A stretch of DNA of 59,356 nt, the filler included, from Basidioascus undulatus (taxonomy: Eukaryota), in the NCBI GenBank assembly GCA_000826855.1. It is 6 parts of 6 records of this genome, joined end to end, with 100 filler letters (N's around TTAATTAATTAA, not from the genome) between each part and the next. Parts side by side here need not be neighbours in the genome. Positions count along the whole stretch, not along the records: positions 9,360 to 18,612 come from JTLS01001274.1; positions 18,713 to 27,949 come from JTLS01001275.1; 4 more parts are not named here. One strand, given 5' to 3'. Below are positions 12,335 to 26,512 of the stretch, in pieces. The number at the start of each line of letters is the position of its first letter. Position 1 is the stretch's first letter. Under the pieces are notes generated by a model. That model was not told the DNA's origin. It saw nothing but the letters and a program-made list of their open reading frames with translations, and made no database searches. A program made the translations under genes and the position numbers.

Positions 12335-13861
12335 ATGAGTTCTCTCATACTTCTCTACGGTCTGGAAGGGACCTACGCAGTCCCGAGAGTGTGTCTCGCC
12401 GCGGACTACAAGGCGAGTCGTGTACACCTCATGTTGAATGCTGCCGACAGTCTGTTAACTGCCCCTCCGCTTGCAGGCCGCTCTGACTTACCTCGCGAGC
12501 CTTGCTGAAGCGGACATCTCTCCAAACCACCTCGGGCTGAAGGCGACCTTCACTGGCTTTCGCGACGGTGCCTGGGTCACCCGCGAGGCCTGGCCGAGCG
12601 TGCGCCAGAGCGCGCGCAGTCTGCGCCTTGCTATCCTCGACCAGCACCGACTGGAGGGTCTGAAGCGAAGCAGCGAGGAACCTGATGTGCAAGTGACGAA
12701 AAGAGGTGGGTCACTAGTAGCACCATACCTAGCATGTTGTCGGTTCATTTTGGACGGCCGTGTTGCAGCGGCTGTATCCCTCAACCTCACCACCCTCTCC
12801 GGCTCAACGCTTCCCCTGCGCGTGGGGCGGGACATAACGATCGCCTCCCTCAAGTCCCTCTCGTCCGAGCTAGACGGCCTTCCCCTGCCCCCGGTCTGCG
12901 AGCAGCGCCTTGTCCACGCCGGCCGGCCACTCCTCTCCGAGCACCTCACCCTCGCCGACAGCGGGCTTCCCGACGGAAGCGCACTGGACACTGCGCTGGT
13001 TCGGCGCGCACAGAAGCCCGTGATATACCTCTACCCTCCGCGGGACACAGAAGTCAAGGTCCAGCTGAATCTGTCGAACGAGTGGAGATTCTCGGCGCTT
13101 TACCCACGCCCGGCGAGGAGGACGAAGGCTGAGCCGGGCGGTAAGGGGGAGAGCGTCGAATGGGAGGTGAGGGCGAGTAAGGATGGGACGATCAGGGACA
13201 AGAAGGGTTTGGAGGCGGCGTATCTCTTTTGGGAAGCCGAGTACGTTGCCTCTCTGACATCAACATTCGTTTCCCACTCGGATTGACGCTTCGGCGAGCC
13301 TTCACAGGTCGCTGCCAACTCGCCTAGAAAGCCCCCCGGCCAGCCCCGTCACCGAGTCACTCCCTTTCAACCCAGCTTTCCCGCAGCGGCATCTCACGCC
13401 AGCGAACGGAGTTCGAGTCGCTGCGGGCGATGTCCCGTCCTATCTCGACCGCGTTCTACAGTCGCTCGGGCTGCACCTCGAAGCTCGGACATCGTTCATC
13501 ACGTTCGTGATCTCCTCCGTAAACTAAAAACCCTCCACTGAATCATTTGGTTTTATTCAGATGCTGGCTCCCCAACATCCAAAAGTACGCGCACGTCGCG
13601 CTCACCTTCCTTCCGTCGCGCGTGCTCGCCCCCGCCGCAGCGCTCTCCGTCTCGCCGGACGCGGCCATCCTGCGGGTTTTCATCCTCTTCTCAGGTGTCG
13701 AGGAGGGACAAGTGGGGGTGGACGACCCGCTCTTCCAGGGGTGGAAGACGCCGGAGGAGCGCGAGGTGGATTGGAAGCGCGTCATTGGAGGGGACGCGGA
13801 CAGGATGCGGGATGAGAGCGTTTTTAGGATTGTTGAGTGGGGTGGGATGGAGGTGGCATAG
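12335..13861 (+). CDS. Ubiquitin-like domain fused to a KPVIYLYP-type domain of unknown function
   Basis: Ubl: LNLTTLSGSTLPLRV..TIASLK..EQRLVHAGRPL..TLADSGL; then KPVIYLYPP, YLFWEAE, LGLHLEARTSFIT|CWLP, RVFILFSG, FRIVEWGGMEV*; several introns, the first with a GC donor at 12413; start inferred. Confidence 0.85.
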
Positions 13862-15065
13862 GTTGTTTTTGAAAGTCATATTACTGTAGCATTTCTTTAC
13901 ACTCGGAGGCGGGGCGCTCCTTCGGCTAATTTCTGCCGTGGCTCCTCGACGGTCACGGTAGTACGATTGTCGGTTGCGTACTTGCACTCGGAGTGTTCAT
14001 CATGAACTGGTTTGAGTAATCAAGTATAGCTTTTTGTGGTAAGCGAATGCTGGTTATTCGTCCCAAAAACCTCTCGACGGCAAGCGTGTGCGCGAACACC
14101 AAAGTCGAGCCACTGCGGTTGACCTTCAGCTTTGCCCGTCAACACAATTTCCACTACATGAGCTACCTGGCAAGGTTCCAGACAAGACGGATTCAAATTT
14201 GGGTATCCTAGCACAAGAAGTTCCCACCCCCCGTGCGGTCGTACTCTCCTGCAGCATTCCCCCCTACAACTCAGACACCATCCGCAGCAGTCATCCCAGC
14301 ACCGGCAGCACCACCAGCTGTAGTATTTGTCGTCTTCCTCTAATATAACAGGATTTAATTCAGCAGGGCCAGGGGGTTACTGCTGAGAACGCGGTTACGA
14401 CTGACCAACGTCGATCGCGTAGTCAGAGAGGAGAGTGCCTGGTGGGAGGTTGGGGCGGTTCGTCGTGCTGCTCCTGAGGGATAGAAGAAAATGAGTACAA
14501 AGATTACGTTATGTAAAGAGAAGGAATAGGATAAAAAGCTCGATGCTCGAAGGTACGCCTACATTTGTGCTGATGGATCGGGGGGAGTGCTAGCCGTCGG
14601 CGCGGAAATTGCTGCTTCTGGGGAGTAATATGGGGAGGTCGTGGCGGACATGTCGTTTCGCGTCGTAAGAGCTCGGACCTATGGAGCAGGAGAAGATCAG
14701 GAGAGCGTAAAAGGCGAAGAACAGGTTGCTATCAGTCGCGTTCTCGTGCTCTCAGTCGTTCGACGTAGCAGTCGGACCCAACACTTACCACTTCCACCGG
14801 CTCGCCTCGCACAAATCGCCCTACGCAGGCGGCCAGTCTAGTGACGATGAGGAAGATGGGAACCAGTTCCTGTGCCTCCAATTTGTTCTGGCCAAGCGTG
14901 TCTGTGCGTGCAGACCGCATGCTGTGCGGTCTAGCGCGGCTGTCACCCTAAGCCGTGAACGCGTCAACGCGCCTAACTCGCACGCTCCCCCATCTTCGAC
15001 TCCTCATCGTCCCCCCCTTGGCTCTCCGCTTCACCATCCTCCATACCTTCCTTGTTCTTCCCGCA

Positions 15066-15745
15066 ATGGCCTCCCCAGCCCCTTCCCCACCCTCACATCC
15101 CCCAGCGCCCGACCCCACCGCGCGCGCAGCGAACGCGCAGAAGTTCACGCTCGAGCTCGAGTTTGTCCAGGCGCTCGCGAACCCGTGGTACCTCCACACG
15201 CTGGCGCATCAGGTGCGGGGTGCGTTACTGGCCGGGCGGGGAGGGGATCAATGAATGAGTACAGGAAGGTAAAGGTGCGATGCTGAGATTGCGGATGGGG
15301 CGGGGAGACGCAGGGATACTTTGAGGATGAGGCGTTTCTGGAGTATCTGAAGTACTTGGAGTACTGGAGACAGTGCGTTTCTTCTTCTTTTCTGTGCATT
15401 GCGATTGGCTCTGACGTTGGTGTGGAACCAGACCACAATACGCCCGCTTCATCCTCTACCCGCACGCGCTGCATCACCTCGAGCTCCTGCAGCACGCGCC
15501 CTTCCGAGAGGCGCTCACGCACCCGGACCTTGTGCAGAGCTTGCATGAGAAGCAGTACTACGCTTGGGCGAAGGGGTGCGTCGGTGGTTCTCTTCCCAGG
15601 GGCGGGCGGAGGGATGAGACTGACGAGGCGAGTGCGCTGGGAATGCAGGCGCAGAGCGGACGAGCCGGGCGAAGGGGCGGGGAAGAAAGAGGAGGAAGGG
15701 GCGGGGGCGACGGCAGGCGGGATACCGGGTGCGGGAGGAGGGTGA
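15066..15745 (+). CDS. MED31: Mediator subunit 31 (Soh1)
   Basis: KFTLELEFVQALANPWYLHTLAHQ|GYFEDEAFLEYLKYLEYWRQ|PQYARFILYPHALHHLELLQHAPFREAL; three introns. Confidence 0.95.
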
Positions 15746-16827
15746 GAATCAGACAAGCTTTTGCGCAGTTAACATTGCCCGGTGTCGGGAGTTGCGGCAA
15801 GTGCGCTGATCGCCACGATCGACTTGTCGCTAAGCTGCCCTTCTCAACGCCACAGCTTCGAACTGATGATCCAGCAACCCTCATCCCACTTCGCCTTCTC
15901 TCCGAAGCGCCATTCGGGCTTCTCACTCCCGGGCTCGTTGGTGCCGCGCACTCATCATCATGATCGACTTTCCTAGCCCACTTCCTTTACTGGTCTCCAC
16001 TCTCCTCCGCTTTCGAGCTCTCTCAATGCCACAGCTTCCATTACGCCGACCCTGCCGCCCTCGTCCCACTTCGCCTCCTATTCAAGGCTTCCGTGGAACT
16101 TCGCAATCCCGCGCGCTCGCACACGCTCATGGTGTGCTACCGCTTTTCCTCTCCGGCGTAGGGTGAAAGCGCGATAGTACCCTTGACTCCCTTTCCAGTC
16201 ACTACCGCTCACTGGTCTCACTGCAGCTTCCTATTGCTCCCCTCGCACTTGCGTTCAAGCGACGCCCCTGCGCCTAGATTGTTCGAAGTACCTTCGATGA
16301 GTCCAAACCTTTCAGTGTCCGCTTTCTGGGCGCATCGGCGCACTGCTAGCGGTGCCCGCTGCGCGTTCTTGATGGTGTGCTCAACTGCCTTCCACGGCAT
16401 CAGCGCGTTGGTCTTCACTCCTTGTGAGGCGTGAGGGGGATGCGCGAAATTCAGGCAGGGCTTTCTTGTGCAGCTGCATCAGGATTTCAGTGGAGAAACG
16501 AAAGGCGACTGGACGCACTTGGTCGAGCGAGGGGATTGGGTGAGGTTCGCGACTAAGCATGTCCGTCTTCGCCCAGGAGGGGTTGGTACCTATCAATATG
16601 AGAATGGTGCCTTCGCGTGTCCAGGGAGGCTTCCGTGGAGGGAAAGTGCGGGCGCACTAGACCAGGTTGGCTCTACTCAGTTGCGAGACTGAGCCGCCGT
16701 GACCTGCAGGAATTAGTCTCCGGCTTGATTCCAGCTTGAACGACGGAGAGAGCTAAGCGGCCAGAGAAGGAAGCAAAAACGGAAGACTTGAGCGAGCCAA
16801 ATTTGGGAGGACAAAAGCAAAATGGAA

Positions 16828-16900
16828 AGCCCCACGCGGGGGTCGAACCCGCAGCCTTGAGATTAAGAGTCTCACGCTCTACCGATTGAGCTAGCGAGGC
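16828..16900 (-). tRNA. tRNA-Lys(CTT)
   Basis: GCCTCGCTAGCTCAATCGGTAGAGCGTGAGACT-CTT-AATCTCAAGGCTGCGGGTTCGACCCCCGCGTGGGGCT; cloverleaf with A and B boxes, T-runs downstream. Confidence 0.95.
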
Positions 16901-18612
16901 GTTGGCGCGAAATCCGCGAAGATTCAAGTCGTGCTAGTCGTGCTCAATAGTGCCCGTGTTGGTTGGGTGCACGTCCATGAGCAGTCTCTCGGGTGATGCA
17001 ATGTGCATTATATGACTATATAAATGCACAAAGGTGAGCTTCGTGCTGTTCGCGAGCGTCATACAAAGGCTTTTGACGAACGGAGGGGTGTGTTCCGTTT
17101 GGCAATTTGCGCTGAGACTCGCAATTCGTTGCGAGTGATTTCCACTTTTGGTCCAGCCCTATCGGAGCTACATAATTGATTACTAGAAGTGGTGGACACA
17201 AGAAACAGTCAAGTAATTCATATGCACCTCAGCATGTTCTTCGCGCGAAGACCGACGATGCACAGCGCGTGGCATCGGCGTGGCAGGCACAGAACACGCA
17301 GGACTCCGCGAATTCTGCCCACCCGCACCAACCTTTTCGCCGTGTATTCCGTCGTCCGCCCACGGTTTAGCGACATTGGGTGGGCCCTTTCGATCGGTAT
17401 GGTAGTTGTCTGCTCTTCGACCTAAGCCAGTGCCCAGGAATGAGCAACCCCGCCCGTCTCCTCCTCCTCTGAATTCGGCCTCCGCATCGTACGCCGCTGC
17501 AACCTCGGTTTGACCCGGGCGCGTAGAGCACGGTGGGTTCCGCTTCGGGGTCGCCGCTTTTGGGAGGGGTGGAGAGGGCCGGGGTGGGGTGGAGAGGGGT
17601 GGAGGAGGAGGAATATGGGTGAGTTGGGAAGGGAGAAGAAGGGGAGAAAGGGGATGGCGGAGGCGTGGAAGGGGAAGGGGCGGGGAAACGTTAAACGTTC
17701 GGGTAACTTGGGATACAATAGTGTGTATGATTGCATATTTGCACCTCTGTGGTTCTACGTGGCTGCTTCCCGGACTTGTGCGCAGAAGAAGTCTTGCAGC
17801 TTTCGCAATGACAAGTTAGCGACGCTGCGGCGGATGCTTTCCCTGTAGGAAATCTTTGGGAGATCTTGCCGTAGAAAACTTTTAATGAGAATTTCTGGTC
17901 AGTCCTATCACAGAAATCACTGCAACTCGACGTAGAAATCGGACGACCACTTCGCAACAGCCACCGGCATCGCGGCGCACCCTACGGAATACAATTCCTA
18001 TTCATGAACGTCAATATCATAAGCCGTGAATGTCCCCGAGCACAACGGTTCAAAGAATTCCTTGCGCAGAGACGGCCTGACTCTGGGTACTCCTCCAACC
18101 TTTGTGAATGCGACCGATGCTGGTTGGATGTCCGAGTATGTTTGCTGCACGCTGTGACACGGGATGTCTGTGTTCTTGGGAAATGTATCGGGGTTTATTT
18201 GCTCAATAAAAATCAAGGGGTTGTGCAACATCATGATATGCGGAGGGGATACACTCGATGTAACGGGTCGGAGGTGTTCAAAAGGGCGTGGCTGTGTTCT
18301 CTCTCTCCGATGCGGTGTGCTCCGCAGATCTAACTGTTCCATTCCAATGGAAGTCACGGCGCTCTCAAGTGCAGTCCGGACGAGCCACCTCTTGGAACAA
18401 TTACAAGTAGGGTATGACCATCATTTTCAGACGTCAAAGGTGTAGTACTGTCCATTGTGACGAGAGTGCCTACCCGTCCACTCGTACCATAATGCAGAGC
18501 ACGCACTTTATTTTGAACCACCATGTTTATTCGGTACTGGCTTGTCTGGTCATACGGTCAGCATTAGCCAGGAAACTCTCAGGACGGCGAGAGAGGCTTT
18601 GGGGGCAGTGGC

Positions 18613-18712
18613 NNNNNNNNNNNNNNNNNNNNNNNNNNNNNNNNNNNNNNNNNNNNTTAATTAATTAANNNNNNNNNNNNNNNNNNNNNNNNNNNNNNNN
18701 NNNNNNNNNNNN
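18613..18712. other. Artificial contig-join spacer
   Basis: N44-TTAATTAATTAA-N44. Confidence 0.99.
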
Positions 18713-19350
18713 CTCGAACCTGGCATGACCCCTCCGTTCAGCCCGCTATACTCCCTATCCGAGCCTGAACTCAAGGAGCTCTCGACATGGATCCAGGAGA
18801 ACCTCTCGAAGGGGTTCATCCGCGCCTCGAAATCCCCTGCTGGCGCCCCAATCTTGTTTGTCAAGAAGAAGGATGGCTCGCTCCGTCTCTCTGTTGACTA
18901 CCGTGGCCTCAACCGCATCACCGTCAAGAACCGCTACCCCCTTCCCCTTGGAAATCCTCGACCAGATCTGCGGCGCCAAAACCTTCACCAAGCTCGACCT
19001 CCGTGGCGCTTATAACCTCCTCCGTATCAAGTCCGGTGACGAATGGAAGACTGCCTTCCGCACCCACTACGGCCACTTCGAATGCCTCGTCATGCCCTTC
19101 GGTCTCACCAATGCTCCAGCTTCATTCCAGCACCTCATGAACGACATCTCCGTGACATTCTCGACACCTTCGTCCTCGTCTACCTTGATGACATCCTCGT
19201 CTTCTCCCACGACCCAACCCAACATGAAGAACATGTCCGTGAAATACTCCGCTGCCTCATCGCCGATGGGCTCTATGCCAAGGCGGAGAAATGTGAGTTC
19301 TCCAAGGCCTCAACCGAGTTCCTCGGCTTCATCATCACCGCTGACGGCAC
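18713..19350 (+). mobile_element. Ty3/gypsy LTR-retrotransposon reverse transcriptase remnant
   Basis: [84 protein letters not shown]; two frameshifts; ends before RNase H. Confidence 0.95.
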
Positions 19351-21255
19351 AGTGTCTGAGATCTAGCTGAGGGTTCTGTTGTGCCCCCTGGCAACGAAGC
19401 AGCAGGCATCAGCCCTGAGTATGCAGAAAACTGCTGGGGAAAATGAACAGGTACGTACCACCCCAAGCGTTCTATGGCAGGTGATTTAATGTAATGTGAA
19501 GTGCAAGATAGTGCGAAGTCAGCCAGGAAGTTGAGATGATGATAGTGAAGCGCAAGTGGTGAAATATCAAGCTACTACTGGTTGTGATGCAGTCACCACA
19601 CTGGGGCACAGCTCCTTACAGGAATTGCATATGCTGCCATTTTGCACTCATGACTTTCACACTGGCCTCCTTCTTCCGATATGATGCTCCGCAGATAACA
19701 TGCTGGAACAGCTGCGGCAGCACTGCACTGGTGCTATGGATACACATTTTCTGTAACATGGTCAGCACTGCGAGCCAGTTGCAAAGTGTCCCTCAGTTTC
19801 CTTTGAGACAGTCTCCCTTTCTCTTGCCTCTCCTTTGAAGTAGCTCCCCTTATCTTGCCTATCTTTGTTCTTGCCTACCTTTGTCCCAAAGTTCTATGTA
19901 AGTCTCTCATTCCCCTCTGGTTCGAAGGACAGCCTCAGCAGCCTTAGCCAATGTTCTAGCCCAGTTCTCACTCCCTAACCTCCCAATACACTGCATCGAC
20001 CCCGATACCCTGAATTGCACTGTGCCTACACACCACACTGTGCAACAGTTTCCTTCTTGTCCATGAACAATGCTTTGGGTGCATTTCACCAACTCATCAT
20101 ACACGGAGGGACTGCCAAAGAAATCAAACGGTATGAGGGAACATAAGATTTTTATACAAGCTAGATTTCCTCTCAAACAGTCCTCAGATGCCGCTGGGAT
20201 GCAGTGACATCCAGGTGTAGTCTGTCAATCGCACCTATGCAAAGTGAAAATATCCCGTCTCCATGCTACCATTTCCTATCAGTACCTGTATGATATGCAG
20301 AACATTACATCATTCACAGGCGGTCCAGTTATCCAAAAACTATGGCAGAAGAGTGCAGGAAGCTGTGACACACAGCATTGCCCACCAAACACCCTGGCTT
20401 TGCCACTGATGTGCTTCGGAAGTGACTTCATGGGTACTTACAATCTGCCGGACATCCAACGAACGTCCATGGAGGCCGTACACTGTCCATGGACTTCGTG
20501 AAATGCTATAACGCGAATACTAATTTATACTAAACTACACTCTTGGCTATGAAGAATGCCAAAAACAAGAACACAGAAGGTTTGAGGCATGAAAATCTAA
20601 ACAGCTTCCACGTCTAGGCTGCAAGACGTGACTTCCGTTCAGCTTGAGCAAGCCTGGGTTGATTGATTTCCTAAATGATCGTCGAGGGTAGCAAGGCGAA
20701 GGGAAAATTCAAGGCGATACTACTTTGCCGGCGCCTTGATGGAGGGTGCATCGCCGACCCGCCGCGTCGTCCCTTGTCAATTACCCCGCTCGCCTTTCGT
20801 GCTCCTCCCTTGTCATAATGTAAGGAGACAGCCGCAACGAGGATAGATTCCGAAACAACCTTCACATTTTCCCCATCTGTCCCGCTGGGCTTGCGTTTCG
20901 CTTGTCCGGCAGCTAACTTTTAGCACCTACTTGGCCGCCTCACATGAATATCCGCATGGGTGAGCAGCTCCCCCTTCGCCCGTCCCCCTGTTCCAGCATC
21001 CGCGCTGCATCATAATGATTTCGAAGTCTCGTCATTGATCCGAGTTTCGGTGCTGCAGAAACGGTTACGCCTTTGTTTACTATTGCTATATCCCCACCGG
21101 ATGCAGTCTCCACCGGATGCAGTTTGACATAGACTGTTGTGTATAGCCACAGTGGGTAGTGTCCCACGAAGATCCGCATCCCGTCCCTTCAGGTCCTTGT
21201 CCTCCTATATTAACCTCTCGTCTCCGCTTGCTACTATCTGCAGCACCCTTTCACA

Positions 21256-24200
21256 ATGAACTCCTTCGACCGCTCCAATGTTGCCCCGCTCTTCGTCCGC
21301 CAACTCATCGCCTCCCGCCCCTTGCCCACACTGCAGCACATCCTCCATCATCCTTTCTCCGCCGTTTACTCCGCCTACCACGCCCTCGAGACCCGCCTCC
21401 CTGTCCCGCACCTCCCTATTCTGTCTGCTCTCGCGGCCGAATCACCCGCCGCCCCCGACGGCCTTACCGACACCGAAGCTAAGGCCGCTGCCGAGTCGTA
21501 CCCGAATGTGGACATCACGGACGGGACAAGGCTCGCCGATGGGCTCGTCGCGGACCTGAAGAACGCGGGCGTGTATAAGACGGTCGAGGCGGTGAGCAGA
21601 ATGGCCAGCGGAGAGTCCGCGTTGACATTTGAGCGGGCGAATGTTGACACAATGAATTTCTGTCTATGCTTGAAGGTCGCAGGTATCCTGCAGATCCTTC
21701 TTCAGGGAGGCGTCATTTACGACCGGCGCATGCAAGTTGAAGACATCATTACGCTCCTCTACTCCCTTGGCTCCAGATCGGTGCGCATTCTCCGTTCAGC
21801 CTCTGACAAAGGCTTCTCTTTGATACCGCGCTCAGCTCTCTTTCGCACCTCCAGGAAATGGGCCAACTTGTCTCCGCCCTGCTCATCAAGACCCTCTGGG
21901 ACGGTTTTCCCCACCCGCCGCGCTCCTTCCTGGGCACCCTACATCCAAACAATCACATCACCGCGGATGGCGCGTACGTGGTCGGCGGCATTTTCCAGAA
22001 TCTGGGAAAGGCAGGCAACCCGTACGCGAGGACAGTCGCACCTATGAACATCAAGCCGGCGAGGGCATTCCCTAGTCCCGGGGAGATCTGTGAGTTGCTC
22101 AGTTTACTCGAACCAACAACCGCGTCTGGACTAGAGTAGCATACTCATTCATATTCTTGCCCTTAAACGATACTGATTGTGGCTAATTTCACAGATGACA
22201 CGATCCTTGCCCGAGGGATCCTCTCGCCAGACGGACCACGTTTGCGCAGGCTTGCGCTCGAGTCGAACGACAAGAAATATATCCAGTCACTTGAGGAGCA
22301 GCTTTTTACGCCTCACCCATCGGGCGTGAGCTCGTTGTTGGGTTCGTTCGCAACTATCATCATTCGTGCGTGGTTCTTTCTTCCCCGCTCCTCCTATTCT
22401 GCTGGTTAATATCTGATGGCGCATGACAGATGACCTGTTCTGGACGAAGGAAAGCGAGGAGCGAAGCGTCAATCTCGCAAGCAGCTACCTCGACCTCTCC
22501 CCGCTGTACGGGCATAATGAAGAACAGCTCGGGAGCGTGCGGACATTTCAGGATGGCATGATTCTTCCCGATGTCTATGCCGACTGGCGACTCAACCTTA
22601 TGGTTCCGAGTGTGGCCACGCTGCTGCTCCTCTTCAGCCGGAATCATAACTACGTGGCCAAGACGCTTGTGGAGATCAATGAAGGTGGCCGCTTCACCAA
22701 GCCGGATCGCAGCCGCTACGAGTCGAGTGAGACCTACGACAAAGCGTACAAGGCATACGACGACAGCGTCTTTTTGACAGCCAGGCTCATTAACGTCGGG
22801 TACTATGTTTCGATTATCTTGCGTGAGTTGGCCTCCGTCACCCGCCCGAAATGAGGCTGTCGGCTAACATCCGCTGGCAGACGACTACCTTCGCTCAATC
22901 TTAAACGTCAACACCGCCGATTCGGCATGGAGCCTGGACCCCCTCGTTGACGTTGTGCACATCATTTGTTGTCTACGAGCCATAGGATGAGGATTGTGCT
23001 AACGAATGTCTTTCACCTTTGGCAGCCCACGCTGCCCGGAGGCGAGAAAACGCCTAAAGGCGTTGGAAATGCCAACAGCGCTGAATTCAATCTCATTTAC
23101 CGGTGGCACACAATGATCTCCAAGGAGGACAGCAAATGGGCATGGGACAATGTGTGTTCCCCGCGGAGCTCCACACTGGCGGCCTTTCCCTCTGACTTGA
23201 TTGGGTTTGCCCTCCAGTTTGAGGGTATAATTGAGCGCACGATGAGCCAGATCGAAGAGCCCGACCCCACCAAGGATTGGACTCTTCCCAAGTGGACGCG
23301 CCAGGGCTGCGTCATTTATCGCGAGGACTCAAGCAAGGTCCGCCCCGACACCGTGAGTCCTCTTTTCCCAAAGTCCCACGTTCGTAATTTTTTAAGGGTG
23401 TGACTGAAACATCTCGTCTTTGGTGTTGTGCGTGGCTCAGCTTACGATCGCCGAGTTTCGGGTCTGCTTCTCGCGGCTCCACGACGCGCTCCCTACCAAG
23501 CTCGTTGATGGCAAGCCTACACCCGATCCTCCAGATTCGAGTTTGACCCCAGTCTCGCCAAGCGCGGCAAGGACGGAAAGTTTGACGACGACGATTTGAC
23601 TGAGATCCTCGTGAATGGCGTTGAGTGGGTTGCGGGCGCATTTGGGCCGGGCAACATCCCCTGGGCGGTAGGTAACGTTCTCTTTCCCGGTGCATGGTAT
23701 GCACTTAAGTCTTCACGGTATAGCTGCGCACAATCGAGATGCTCGGCATTGAACAGGGCAGATACTGGAATATGTGTTCGCTTAACGAGTTTCGCAAATT
23801 CATCAGCGTGATTCCGCTCTATGCTCATATTCGGCGGTTCCAGACCTGCTGACGTTCTGGCCACCTCAGACGAATGAGTACAAGTCATTCAAGGATGTCA
23901 ACCCCAACCCAAAGGTCCAAGAGGCTCTCGAGGGTTGGTATGCCCACCCCGACTTCTGCGAGCTTTACCCCGGGCTGCTTGCCGAAGCATCTAAGGTCAA
24001 TAGTCCTCTCAACCATCAAGAGCAGAGTCAGTGCCACTAATTCTTGTGTATTTGATGATAAAGCCTTCCCAACAAGGATCGGGTCTCTGTCCAGGATACA
24101 GCGTCTCGCGAGGAATCTTGATGGACGCTGTCGCGCGAGTGATCGTCTTACGTCCTTCATGCTCTCCCTAGCTGATCATCTTCACGTTGTGCAGTCTCGT

Positions 24201-26306
24201 TCGCGGTGACAGGATGCTGGGTATGCTTTTCCGAAACTGCGGGTGGATGCTTTTTTTATTTTTTGACCATGTATCTCGCTGCTTCAGCAAGCTACCAAAA
24301 CCCTGCAGCCATGACAGCTCACTTTTACGCCGACATGGTTCGTTCCTTTGTACCTAGCTCCTTGGGGGACCCAATTTTGCTGATGTCCGTCAAGGCGTTG
24401 AAGACGCACGATGCCGAGGTCACTGACTACTGCTCATTAGCTGGTATAGTCAGGTTACTCGCTGACAATCTTCAATGCTAGGTCTCGTGGGGCAACATGT
24501 GGCCGAAGCTCGTTCTTCGTCACCTTTCCGCCAACTTCAAGCCCAACTCAATCTACGCACACTTTCTGTTCAATAGTGAGTGTCACTATAATAATAGGCC
24601 AGGCGCCATTTGATTATGACCCAACTTTTTCCTCAGTCCCTTCGGTAACGCGCGCCAATGTCGAAAAGTTCAAACCTGGCATGTACGATTTCAGCCGGCC
24701 CACCAGGATCCAGCGACAGACTATCACCGACTACAACCTGTGCTGTCGCATCCTGAACAACCACACTAGGTTTAACACGACATACGAGGGAAGGATGCGC
24801 GAGATTTCGCAGGGTTACGGCTTTTTCTTGGCTTGGGACAACCCAATCAAGCATGATGGTGACCGCAACAGCTTCGAGCACGCTATGAAGGGCTCGAAGG
24901 AGTTTTTACACAGGATCGAGGAGTGAGTCTGATCGGTTACCATACTTTTGTCTTTGAATAACATACGCAGCGCAGGTTCTACATCTCGGAGACACGCAAA
25001 CTTATCAAGAAGAAGGCCATCAGGGTGCAGCCCTCGGCTGCCTCTAGCAAAGGCTCTTTCCGTATCAACATCTCGCACGAGGTGACATCAGTCTTTCCCA
25101 TCACATACGTATTTTATCTTATTTGTCCCATTCTCAGGTGCTGAACATCGTGCCTGTTCATTTTGTCAACGAGTGGTTCCTCGCCTCGCTCAAAACGGAC
25201 TCGTCCAGTCGTGCGCTGTTCACCGAGCAGGAGTTGTATGCCCTCCTCTCCACCCTCTTTGTCTACCTCTTCTTCGACCAGAACGTCAAGACAAGAACAC
25301 TGGCACTTAAGAGCGCTGAAGCACTGAATCGCGCTCTCGAGGTGGCTGTGGACTGCGTACGGTAAGCTGGATCTGCCTTTGGTTGGATGACTTGCGTTCA
25401 TAGTGCTGTTCAGCATTGGTGAGACTCCGATCATTGGCAACGCTGCAGCGGCGGTCATAAGCCCCGCGCATGCCAAGACCCAGGGCTGGAAACTCGTCAA
25501 GAAGCTCATCAACCTTGGATGGGACAACAAAAGGCAAGTCGCGGCATTCTATTTACCCCAACTGGCGCTCACCATCTCCGGTGTGGCAGGATCGTCGCCA
25601 ACCTACTTGGATGCTCGATCGGAGCTGTCCCCACAACTGGCGAGGCCGCGTCAGTTGCTCTAGACTTCTATCTCCCGGGCAGGAGAGGCGAGCTGGCAAG
25701 CGAGAACAAGCAGAGAGTTGTGGACCACCTTTTTTCCTTGGCACAAAACGGCATCCCCTCAAGCCATACGTTCAAGCATGCCTTCCTCGAGGCCGTGCGC
25801 CTTGAGCCACCCAATGTCTGCTCCGGAATCTTCCGCAAAGTTGGAAACGGAGATGAGGTTCTCCTGGCTACTGCCCAGGCGATGAGGGACTCCAACTACT
25901 TCCCCAGACCCCTTGACGTGGGTCCATTGCTGCCTCCGTGCTCACCTTGTTGTTACTAATCATGTATTTCTTTCAGATCGACCTAAACCGGCCAGAGGAG
26001 CACTACTTGAACTTTGGGCACGGGATGCACACGTGCTATGGTCAGGACATCAACAAAGTCGGAATGACGGCTATGCTGCAGGAGGTCATGGCATTGAAAG
26101 GCGGTGCGTAAAAGCTCCTCAGCTTGAGTGCACACAGAAGCTCAGTCACGCTCTCCACAGTACATCGCTCTCCAGGCGAAAGCGGCCAACTTAGGTTCAT
26201 TAAGGACCCAGCTCTGGGCGCCAAGGCGTACATCACGGCAACCAACAGCCTTGCTCCTTTCCCAACTCACTTCAGCATCGATTTTGACGAGCTGCCGCAG
26301 TATTAG
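21256..26306 (+). CDS. Ppo/linoleate diol synthase-type fatty-acid dioxygenase (heme peroxidase) fused to cytochrome P450; many exons
   Basis: FATIII|HDLF (distal His), SSYLDLSPLYG, LFSRNHNYVA, FLTARLINVG, SAEFNLIYRWH (catalytic Tyr, proximal His), DGKFDDDDL; P450 EAVRLEPP (ExxR) and FGHGMHTCYG (heme Cys). Confidence 0.93.
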
Positions 26307-26512
26307 TGTAGTAGGTTAGGCTATAAGGAACAATACGACCATTGTATATATATGCTCTTCCGCTCGTCCTTACCCGCCAAGATCTGGCGTGAATGGCCAA
26401 AATGTGGAGATAAAGCGTGTCCCAACGTGTTCATTCCCTTCTCATCAGCTTCCTGCAGTCCGACCAGCGGTCTTCACGTTTAGGTTTAGGCGTTAAGAGC
26501 TCTGCATGCGAT

